A stretch of DNA of 64,000 nucleotides from Massalongia carnosa (lineage: Eukaryota): assembly GCA_965645245.1 (NCBI GenBank), contig OZ287083.1, positions 1,054,001 through 1,118,000 on the forward strand. Reading direction: 5' to 3'. Every line of letters begins with the position of its first letter. The first letter of the stretch is position 1. Positions 37,401 to 47,152 of this stretch are shown here, piece by piece. The notes beneath the pieces were generated by a model. That model saw only the letters and a program-made list of their open reading frames with translations, ran no database searches and was not told the DNA's origin. The position numbers and the translations under genes were made by a program.

Positions 37401-38913
37401 ATGAAACCAACCACTTCTCCAAGAGCTCTACGCCATATTCAAAACCAATGGCCAGCGCAAAATGGCAGACGCATCACTCAAAAGCAGGCATGTGGCAGCT
37501 TTTATAGCTGCCGAAGATGGCATACCACCGGTATTGTGAAAGCAACCCATCCATTCTACTACGCTGAAGTTTTAATCATTCCTAGGGCCCACCATCCCTT
37601 CTTCTCTCACCATCAACAATAAAACCTACCCAACCGATTCCTGGACCAACGTCTCAGCCTCAATCCTCTCCGCTATTCCACGCCGACTCCATCTCCAGCC
37701 CTCCCATCCCATCTCCATAATCCGCGAACTGATCGAATCCCGTTTCCCCCTCTCAACCTACGCTCACCATAACTCCCTTTCCCCCATTGTAACTGTAGCC
37801 CAAAACTTCGACTCCCTCGACTTTCCCGCCGACCACCCCGGCCGCAGCCGCACCGACACTTACTATATCAACAAAGACACTGTGCTGCGCACCCACACCA
37901 GCGCCCACCAGGCCGATACGTTCCGTCATAATGCGAGCGAGGGGTATACGATCAGCGCGGACGTTTACCGGCGCGACGCCATCGATCGGAGCCACAACCC
38001 AGTTTTCCACCAGATGGAAGGCGCGCGGATGTGGGACCGGCGGAAAGTTGCCGGGGGCGACGTTACAAGAGCTATACGCGATGAAGTGGCACTGATGCCT
38101 CAGCACAAGGTCGAGGTCGAGGATCCCAACCCAACGGTTCACCCCAAGCGAAATCCCTTGCAGGAAACCTTCCACACCCTGGCTGAAGTGGAAGCCATCT
38201 CCACGCACCTTAAACGCACCCTCGAAGCCCTCGTCGTCGACATATTCTCCAAAGCCCAACTCGCCTCTTCCTCCTCCTTTCCAGCAAAGCCCCCGGAACC
38301 GCTCAAAATTCGCTGGGTGGAGGCCTACTTCCCCTTCACAAGCCCGTCTTGGGAACTCGAAGTATACTGGCAAAACTCCTGGCTGGAGCTGCTGGGCTGC
38401 GGCGTCGTACGGCAGTCCCTCCCCATCGCCGCGGGCGTCCCTTCGCAGCTGGGCTGGGCGTTTGGCGTGGGTCTCGACCGCGTCGCGATGCTGCTGTTCG
38501 GGATTCCAGACATTCGTCTCTTCTGGTCTACCGACCCGCGCTTCCTGGCTCAGTTCTCCTCCCTTGACACGCTCGCCCCTTTCGTTCCCTTCTCCAAACA
38601 CCCAGCATGCTACAAGGACGTGGCTTTCTGGCTGCGCGGCATCACGGGCGGCGGTGGCGGTGGCGGGCCGATCCCAGGGGGGGAGTTCCACGAAAACGAC
38701 GTCATGGAGATCGTACGCGAGGCGGCAGGCTCCCTGGTTGAGGACGTGAGCCTGATCGACGAGTTCTGGCACCCGGGCACCGGACGGCGGAGCTTGTGTT
38801 ACCGGATCAACTACCGCAGTTTGGAGCAGACGTTACTGAACAGTGAGGTGAATAGGCTACACGAGAGAGTGCGAACACTGTTGGTGGAGAGGTTGAGAGT
38901 GGAGTTAAGGTGA
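37401..38913 (+). CDS. MSF1: Mitochondrial phenylalanyl-tRNA synthetase
   Basis: NFDSLDFPADHPGRSRTDTYY, LRTHTSAHQ, VYRRDAIDRSHNPVFHQMEG, YFPFTSPSWELE, GWAFGVGLDR, IPDIRLFWS, and an FDX-ACB tail SLCYRINYRSLE; one 5' intron at about 37531-37585. Confidence 0.95.
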
Positions 38914-39467
38914 TGTTATTTCTGAAAGGACGGGTTTTGGATCCAATGGGATGAATGAGACTTTTTTTTTCGGGAAAAGGGAGGGGGGTGTTTTCATTGT
39001 GACTAATAGGAAAGGTAAGTGTGGATGGAGATGGATACTTTCGGACCCAGAGCCTCAGCTTCAACTGAGAAAGTTGGGTAGGTATGTAGGTATAGATCAG
39101 ATAGATATGAACGCGTGGAACTACATTCAGCCTCCTGAAGAGAAACCTTGCATAAATATTCCCTTCTCCTGATTTAGGGTATCCGCGACGAGAGAGGAGA
39201 GAGGGGATGGGAAGAGCCCCAGCGACAACAAAACATCTATATACAAAAAACCGCGTGTGTTCTTCCAAGCATATGGATTTCCCCCCCCAACGTTATTGTT
39301 ATCTTCACACCCCTTCCCAATTCCCGCGCGAAGATGATACATATACAGCTTATGAAGGAAAGCAAAGAAAAGATCGAAATCCTATTCCCGACTTTTTCCG
39401 ATGAGACGCGAGCACGAACAACCTGCCTATTGTAGCTCTTGTCTTTTTTGTTGCCGGCTTGGGCTCC

Positions 39468-40578
39468 TCAGGAGTTCTTCACCACACCGACTTTGGCGGC
39501 CTAAAAAACGGTAAACTTAATAAGATATCCAAGCATCATTTCCAAGGCATATAGAAGTTAAGAGGCCTCCCAAAGGGAAGAGAGCTCCCGAAGGGTTTCT
39601 CGCTAAATGGAGAGCGGAACGCAGGATAGAGGAAACGCGGAAGGGGAGACGAGAAAACATACCCTTAACACTCTACTATTAAGCAAAAACCCCTTCTGCT
39701 GCACCATCATCACCTCTCCATCTTCCTTCCCCTTCACACTAGTCTGAAACGTCGCTTCGTGCAACCTCGGATCGAACTTTGCCCCTTCCTGCTCCAACGG
39801 ATCGAAGCGTTCCAGCCCATGCTTCTTGAGTGTTTGCATAAGAATCGACTCCGTCATTTTAAGGCCTTTGTAAAGGTTGGTTAGCTGACTATATATGTCC
39901 TCACTGTTGTTGCTGGTGCTATCGGCGTTAGGGGAAGGGGAATCCGTTTCGGAGGTAGAGGAAGGAGTGGAGGGGACAGTCGAGAGGGCTCGGTCGAGGT
40001 TGTCGACGCTCTCAATTAAATCAGTGGCGAAGCGGGAGATGGCGAAGTCGCGGGCGGCTTGGATGTCGCGTTTGGTGCGCTCTTGGAGGTTGCGAAAGTC
40101 GGCCACGGAGCGGAGGTATTTGTCCTGCCGAGGTTGAAAGACGAAGCTGTTAATTCAAACCTCTTTCCTCCTCTGCTTCTCCTCTTGTATGGCCGCAATA
40201 ATGCGGTATTCAAGAGAACTCATTGAAGGCGAGATAGAATATGGACGGTGATATAGAATATGGACGGTGATTGGGAAGACGCACTTTCAAGTCAATAATC
40301 TCCCTGCTCTTAGCTTCGAGCTCTTTCTTCAAAGGGCCCTCTTCTTTATTGTCAGACTGTGGTTGCGGAGGTGCTGGGTTTTCGGAGTCGGATGAAGCGT
40401 CGGCTTCGGCGACGGTGGAGTAGCATCGTGGAGCTATTCGATGACGGGGGGAAGAGGTGGCGAAGATCGATCGTAGGGACAATGGAGAGAAGGGAGAAAA
40501 GGAGACGGGTCTGGATGGTTGAGAATGTATTACTGGAGCTATTGCTCGCGATTTTCGAAGTAGGTATCTTTGGATCAT
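39468..40578 (-). CDS. MGE1: Mitochondrial GrpE nucleotide exchange factor
   Basis: DKYLRSVADFRNLQERT, FATDLIESVDNLDRAL, FDPRLHEA, GFLLNSRVLR|AAKVGVVKNS*; two introns. Confidence 0.95.
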
Positions 40579-40852
40579 AGTGAGATTTATTTCAGCTTTT
40601 GTCTGCTGATGAACGTTTGCAATTCAGATATATTTCATAGAAAATTTTATTTCGAGCTCGAGAGAAGCTGAAGCTAAGCTAGAAACGGGCTTAGCACCTT
40701 CGTCAGAGAAATCTTCCAAGTTTCCGCATCACGTGGATAAGACGTTCGTTATCCCTCTCGCTGTTACCCAAGCACCCCCCCCCCAAGCTAACCATTATTA
40801 GCTAGCTTCCGCATTTAGCAAATTTGAATTAGTCATGATGTTTTCTTGACTG

Positions 40853-42180
40853 TCACGCGGGTGACAAAATAAATTGCAACGTGTAAGCGAATTTACCCCT
40901 GAATGCCCCATCAAAACACCCTCCTTTTTTTCAACTTTTTATCTCATCAGCAATGTCTCGACCCAAAAAGCCTCATTATGATACTCCTACAAAGGCCAAA
41001 GTTCAAGGAGCTTATCAATTTCTCATCTCACATGCAATTCCATTCGATCCACGGGCCATTTTTCAGGAATTTGGCGTGGCCGAGCGCGCGGGCTATAACA
41101 TCATCAAAAGCGGAGCTTCTTCTCGCACACGTCACAATTCTTCTCTCGTTGAGACTCGGGGTCGAAAGCGAAAGATTAGTGATGATCAGCTGAAGGAGGC
41201 AGATCACATTCTGCAGGATCAAGATCTACAATTGGAAGGAAAACGCTACACATGGGATGCTTTAGCACAGGAGATTGGGGCCGACGTGATGGGACGTACA
41301 ATGAAGAGAACTCTTACAGCTGCCTTGAATTATCACAAATGTCTAGCCTGTGTCAAAGGGTGGCTGGCAATGGCATCAGAAGAAAGAAGAGAAGAATTTG
41401 CTACAGTTATGTTAAATAAATATCCTCGGTCCGAAGACTGGCATCGCGTACGATTCAGCGATGAGATTCATTTTGGCTACGGGCCTGAAGGACAGTTACG
41501 AATCATTCGTAAGCCCGGAACAAGATATCGTTGGGATTGTATTCAGCATCGTGATGCACCACCTGAGAAAGATCGTAAAAGAAAGCACTGCTGGGCAGCA
41601 GTTGGTTACAATTTCAAGTCGGATATCTACTTCTACGATGTGCCCAGCAATAGCAATGGAAAATGACTCATCAGGTGTATATTGACGCTATTCTTGGTCC
41701 CGTCGTCAAGCCCTGGTTGGAGCGTGGAGATGACTTCGTACTTGAAGAAGATGGAGACTCTGGTCATGGCACGGGCAAGAGACGAAACGCGGTCAAAAAG
41801 TGGAAGTTAGATCACGATTTAGAGCACTATTTCAATTGTTCTTCATCTCCTGATCTAGCTCCCATTGAAAATTGCTGGCAGCCCGCAAAGCAGCATGTTC
41901 GTAAATTTCCTCATTGGGACGATGCAAGTTTGGAGCAGCTGATTAGGGAGGGATGGGCTCGAGTCAGTCAGGAATTTATCAATGAAAGTGGGTTATCCAT
42001 GCCCAAAGGATTGAAAGAGGTGAAAGATGCAAAGGGGGCGATGACTGGTTATTGATCTCATGTAATTTAGATGAATTTTATCAGCTATGCAGATGATGGT
42101 TGATGATGAGATGAAAATTTGAATAAAAAAGGGGGGGTAAATTCGCTTACACGTTGCAATTTATTTTGTCACCCGCGTGA
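40853..42180 (+). mobile_element. Tc1/mariner (IS630-Tc1-mariner) DNA transposon, about 1.33 kb, nested in the piggyBac-like element
   Basis: Perfect 47-bp TIRs TCACGCGGGTGACAAAATAAATTGCAACGTGTAAGCGAATTTACCCC at 40853-40899 and 42134-42180; direct repeat (A)CTG(T) on both flanks. Confidence 0.93.
40953..42055 (+). pseudogene. Tc1-like DDE transposase split by a single -1 frameshift at about 41663
   Basis: WHRVRFSDEIHF, HCWAAVGY, VLEEDGDSGHG, SPDLAPIENCW. ORF1 ends ...NGK* overlapping ORF2 MTHQVY (GGAAAATGA); one extra A would fuse them. Confidence 0.85.
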
Positions 42181-42195
42181 CTGTTTACCTTTCAA

Positions 42196-44109
42196 ATGAA
42201 CTTCATTGAACCTCATTCAATCAATTTAGACCTCGTCAATTGCTGTCTTTCTATATACGGGATTTTTACTGTGATTATGGGGCTCAACGAAGAAGAAATC
42301 CCGAGTGTTTCAGACAAATCGCCAATCTCAGCGAAGCAGCATAAAATAAATCGCAAAAGAGGTGTCCAAAACATCTTGATCGATATTCCTTCTACTTCCT
42401 CTAAATATACCCCTATTCGTGTTATCAACAGGCCTTTTGTTCCATTAATTGAAGACATTGCTCGAAGTCCTCTGGAACTATTTCAGTTGTTTATAACAAG
42501 GCAGCATTGTCGCATCATCGCATATCATACCAATATCAAAGCACACGATTACATGGAGAAGGAGAAGGAGAATAATCATCGAAATTGGACTGATACTACT
42601 GGCTCGGAAATAGAGGTGTTTTTGGGCATAGTACTTCTTATGGGTCTCGATCGTCTACCTGCTACAGAAGATTATTGGAATCAATGCCCGGACAAGCCAG
42701 TCATCATGCCTATTCAGTCCGCCATGTCGCTTTATCGATTTCAACAAATCAAGCGATTTTTGAAAATCAACAATGGACGAACAGAGCCTCCGGGACTGGG
42801 CAAAGGACCTGATTGGTGGAAGAAACTAGAACCGTTGGCCACTGATTTTCGAAAGGCCTCGTTGAAACATTGCATACCAGGAAGCAATATTTCTATAGAT
42901 GAACAACTGGTGCTATTTAAAGGCCGATCTCGACACACCATGCAAATCGCTACTAAAAGTGCTCACAAAGGATTTAAAATCTACAGCGTCTGTCAGGATA
43001 ATTATTTGTTGTCGTTTTTGTTTGCCTCCAAGGCTAGCAAAATAAGTCAATTGAAAACAGCTAAACAATTGGGATTTTTTATGAAGGACGGACTAACTGT
43101 CAGTGCTTTGGTGGTGATTCAGTTATGTAAAGAACTTCCATCCTTTCTAGATTATCATCTTTTCTGTGATAATTTCTTTACTAGCACGAAGTTATTCAAG
43201 GCACTTCGATCAATCGGAATAGCTGCCAGCGGGACTGCTAAAAAGGGCTTAGGCTTTCCAGAAGAATTGTTGGCCATACGGGACGTCACCTCAAAAGGAA
43301 AAGACTGGGGCCTGCAAGCACATATGGTGGTCGATGATGAGGTGCTTTGTATGGGCTGGGTGGATAATAATGGTGTGCAGTACATGACCACCGGCCACAC
43401 TCCCCAGGACCTGAACGAAATACACTATATAAATCCATACAAAAGGCATGGAATTCCTGAGACCTCACTTCAACCGATTGTACCATATTTCCCATCAACT
43501 CTGGCTCACTTCTCTCCTTCGCCCAATCAAGCGGTCCAATGGCCCCTTGGATTACCAATACCAGCCCCAATCAGAGAATATAACCTCTATATGGGAGGGT
43601 CGGATGGAAACGCTCAGCAACGAGCGGTTTATTCATACGATCGTCGTACGGATCGTTACTGGTGGCCTTTATTCATTTTTATATTGGATGCAGTCGGACT
43701 GAACGCGTTTAAACTTTACTCGATGAACTCTTTCCACCTCGAGGAAAAAAAGCTTACTCGTTCCAAGTTTCTTCGTCGGATTGCCCTCGAATTGGTGTCA
43801 AATCAAGCGGGCATCAGGCCCGTTCCACCAAAGGTAAGCATTAACACCGCGATTGATGTTTTAGTAGCACCTCCCGTTCATCATTACGTTCGTCTTGAAA
43901 GAAAACAAAGATGTATACATTGTAAAGTCAACAAAACACGACCTTCAAAGCGAAAGGGACAGCCACTGGCTGAAAGAGATGTTAATGGGCGAATAAAAAG
44001 GCGAAGAGGTGCTCAGACTATATGGGCTTGTGGAGGATGTCATCCAATCAGGCCCTGCTGTAGAAAAGCCAATTGTTGGGAAGCTATTTATATGAATTGG
44101 GACGAGTAA
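42196..44109 (+). CDS. piggyBac-family transposase (DDD) with C-terminal Cys-rich domain
   Basis: SPLELFQLF, DYW, MSLYRFQQIKRFL, SIDEQLVLFKGR, FCDNFFTS, ASGT, YNLYMGGSD, RYWWPLF, and C-terminal RCIHCK...CGGC...CC...CW; 637 aa uninterrupted. Confidence 0.92.
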   Translation: MNFIEPHSINLDLVNCCLSIYGIFTVIMGLNEEEIPSVSDKSPISAKQHKINRKRGVQNILIDIPSTSSKYTPIRVINRPFVPLIEDIARSPLELFQLFITRQHCRIIAYHTNIKAHDYMEKEKENNHRNWTDTTGSEIEVFLGIVLLMGLDRLPATEDYWNQCPDKPVIMPIQSAMSLYRFQQIKRFLKINNGRTEPPGLGKGPDWWKKLEPLATDFRKASLKHCIPGSNISIDEQLVLFKGRSRHTMQIATKSAHKGFKIYSVCQDNYLLSFLFASKASKISQLKTAKQLGFFMKDGLTVSALVVIQLCKELPSFLDYHLFCDNFFTSTKLFKALRSIGIAASGTAKKGLGFPEELLAIRDVTSKGKDWGLQAHMVVDDEVLCMGWVDNNGVQYMTTGHTPQDLNEIHYINPYKRHGIPETSLQPIVPYFPSTLAHFSPSPNQAVQWPLGLPIPAPIREYNLYMGGSDGNAQQRAVYSYDRRTDRYWWPLFIFILDAVGLNAFKLYSMNSFHLEEKKLTRSKFLRRIALELVSNQAGIRPVPPKVSINTAIDVLVAPPVHHYVRLERKQRCIHCKVNKTRPSKRKGQPLAERDVNGRIKRRRGAQTIWACGGCHPIRPCCRKANCWEAIYMNWDE

Positions 44110-45044
44110 ATGATGTAGCTATAAATTTGAACCTTTTGTAAATAGGGGTAATCAGGTTCACATTGATTGGTCAGATAATTAAGATTTAGCGCTTCTTAAC
44201 CACTAATGGTTAGCTTGGGGGGGATACTCTGTACGAGTAGAGAGAATAGCTACAACAAGCCCCAAGGCCGTTCCTCACTTAGGAGGTACCGACAGTATCT
44301 AATATCATTATCTTATTTAAATTCTTGGGTTCTACTTCCCCTAAATAAAGTTAATCGGATGATTAAATAATAAAAAGGTCATCATCGCCGAAACCCCAAC
44401 CCCAGTTAGTCTCAACGTTCTGTATGCATGGAAATGAGAGTCCCGCCAACACTCCAGTCTCCGGAACTCTCAAAGCTAAGAACAGGTCGACCTCGCATTG
44501 TAAACTCTGCGATCTGTGCCACTACCCCAAAAGCATTCTGGTTGTCTGTTCAGCTAATCCAGCGTTGTGGTAGCATTCTGTGCCGAAAGGAAGTCTCTAG
44601 AACGAGCTCGACAAGCCTTGCTATACATATGGACGGATAAAGCCAGAGCGAAAATAACTAGTAGGGAAAACGCTTTACAAAGTGCTAGAAAAAGGTATAG
44701 GCGGATGACAGGGTTGTGTTCTTAAGGAGAGGGAAGATGTGGAACTGTCGATGGAGCCAAGGGGCTTATGAAACAACCGCTCCCTAAGTCGGATGTTCGT
44801 TTTAGAAAATGGTGATCATCCAGTCGTCAGCGAACATCAAACACCTAGGCTCATCCCTCACTTCGTTAAATAAACACCCCCACTGACCAATGCCATATTC
44901 CCACTCGAACCGTTGTTTCTATGCAGGGAGGCGGAGATGACATGTGGAACAAAAAAATTTTGTATCGTACGAGACGTTGGTCGCATTCATGACCTCGGGG
45001 CAAGGAATAACACCTCAGCATAGTATTCCAGCCCAGACAAGAGC

Positions 45045-47152
45045 TCAGGATTTGTTAGAGCAATCATCCAGTAAGCCTATCTCCTTCTCAATGGCAGAAA
45101 GAAGAGCCGCTACTCCGGAGTCAGCATAGACTTTGATGGACTGTACATCACGGCGTTTTGTGTGATAATCGTCGTCCGAATTTTCTGGACTCATTGGTGG
45201 GGTCTGCACTCCATCGCGGCGTGGTGATTGGGTGATTCCCGTAATATTTACAGTCAAGGTTGCAGCAACATGTTCCAGCAGCTTCTGCTGTATTCGTGTT
45301 CTACGGTTCTCCGCATGTTCTAGCTTGGATACCCAGTCCTCAATCGATAAATCGAGTTCTGCAAGTGCCTCCTCTTGCTTCAACATGCTTTCGCAAGAGA
45401 ATTTCGCCATTCGTGGAGACTTGAGGTACGAGATCATTCGTGCATGCAGACCTTTTCGACCTTGCCGTAGGGAGGTATAAGTGCGGCGAAGATACTCGCA
45501 TCGCTCATCCAGAAGTGATAATTCCTAAGCTTCATCAATTTACGACTGTGTTCAACACGGAACAAACATACCTTGGAAAGGCTGGAAACATCTTTTGCCG
45601 CCAGGACTTCAAAGCTTTCCACCTGTTCATATGCCTGTTGTTTCAAGAATTCCAATTCTGCGATGGGAATGACAGTTGAAGCTTCCCTGGGTTTTGAACC
45701 AGTAGGAATCCCAATGTTCTCTTCCGCAAGGGATGGACCCCGTAGTTTCGCTCTGCTCAACCTTTGCATTAATGATGTATCACCCCTTCTCATTGGTCTT
45801 CCGCGCTCTAGTACCGATGCTTCGGAAGCTCCCCTTTGATGCCACTTGGAATTTCCAGCCTCTTTTGCCCCAATTCCATTATCTGCAGGCTCATCGCATT
45901 TTCGGTCTGCAGAGAATTTGATGTGATCTGACCGCGAAAGAACCGGGGTCTCTTGCTGCTCCTCGGTTAAGGTAAAAGTTTGACTTCGGGGACTTTCAAC
46001 AAGATGTGGGTTATATCCACCATTTCGGCCATAGTTGACCGATCTTGCTGGTATTCTCTCTTGGATGTCATCCAGGCTGGCATGCTGTATAAAAGGACTT
46101 GACACACGAGGCGGCGTTGGCCTTCGCTTGGGCGAAGCCCTTCCGCCGAGGCTACTTGTAGAGGTGGCAGCCGATGTTGTGGTATAGATTGTTGAGACTG
46201 AGCTAGTCGCAGAGTGTGGGGGCTTCCTGGGCCGTGGCGAGGCTCTGCTTTTGGTTCTCGGAGACTTTGGAGGGACCTGTGGCGGCTTGTCCTCTTGATC
46301 ATCTGATGGTTTAGGTCTATTTGCGCAAACTGTGTGGTTAGGTTGGTTATTGGGCGTTATAAGGAGAGGAGTAAGCTCTTTTTGTAAAATCGTTGATGAT
46401 ATGCTTCCGAGGACGGTATCTGAGCCTTCTTCTATTAGTACTCTAGCTCCAAGTTTCTCAGCATCTACACAGGGAAATTCAGATCCTCGCGGCGTCTCTT
46501 CACTAGTTTCTTCTGAAAGACGTCGAAGTTTGGTGTCCGGAACACTTAAGGACCTGATGAAGATTGGATGATGGCCCGGCAGTGTTGCTGTCGTGAGTTA
46601 GGGTTTGTCTGGAGCCGGTTTCATCTAAAAAACTTACGAGAGTCAAGACAACCCTCCTGAACCGTTGTCATTGTGCCTAATCCAAGATCGGGCACGCTCG
46701 CCTTACGTTTGTTGGACGATGCAACCTCCTTCTTCGGCGCAAAGTTTGCTCCAGGAAGCATATGCCTATTTGGCGAACTTGGTATCGTTGCTGACCGAGA
46801 ACAACATAGAGGCTCCGCCACTCGGCTAGTGATAGTTCTGAGATCTCCTTGCGAGCCCTTGCTCCTGGGCATTGGCCACCTCTCGCCGCCTACTTTGCCC
46901 CCGATGTGCGTAAGATAGATTTCATCCACTTGTATCTTGCTGGCTCCAGCGTTTGGCTACCAATATGTCAGGCAGATCATGATTGAGAAAATCAGAGTCA
47001 CTCACGAGCGCAGTGTTGGAGAGCGTTGGCCGTAGATTTGCACGCAAATTGCTATATATGCTAACAGGAGGTCGGGTTGTATCTCGCGCTATCCAGCTCT
47101 TCAGAAATCCCCCCTCCTCTGGATGTTTGATGTCCTGTCCCAGATTGGCCAT
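45045..47152 (-). CDS. Uds1 (up-regulated during septation) domain protein
   Basis: FEVL..KDVSSLSK|EL and MLKQEEALAELDLSIEDWVSKLEHAENRRTRIQQKLLEHVAATL. Three GT..AG introns reconcile the ORF-track fragments (e.g. NTAL|PNAGASKIQVDE). Confidence 0.78.

Larger units (their letters stand above)
40775..44223 (+). mobile_element. piggyBac-like DNA transposon (outer element) containing a nested Tc1/mariner insertion
   Basis: 20-bp TIR CCCCCCCAAGCTAACCATTA (40778-40797; the C-run starts at 40775) and its inverse TAATGGTTAGCTTGGGGGGG (44204-44223) flank a DDD transposase ORF. Confidence 0.88.

Noticed and set aside
37753..38772. 339-aa minus-strand ORF
   Set aside because: Antisense shadow of the GC-rich MSF1 coding sequence; no recognisable motif.
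40233..40271. 19-bp tandem duplication in MGE1 intron 1
   Set aside because: Simple intronic slippage duplication with no evident function.
46922..46975. Apparent frameshift in the Uds1-domain gene
   Set aside because: Explained by a canonical GTGAGT..CTGAC..TAG intron that restores frame.
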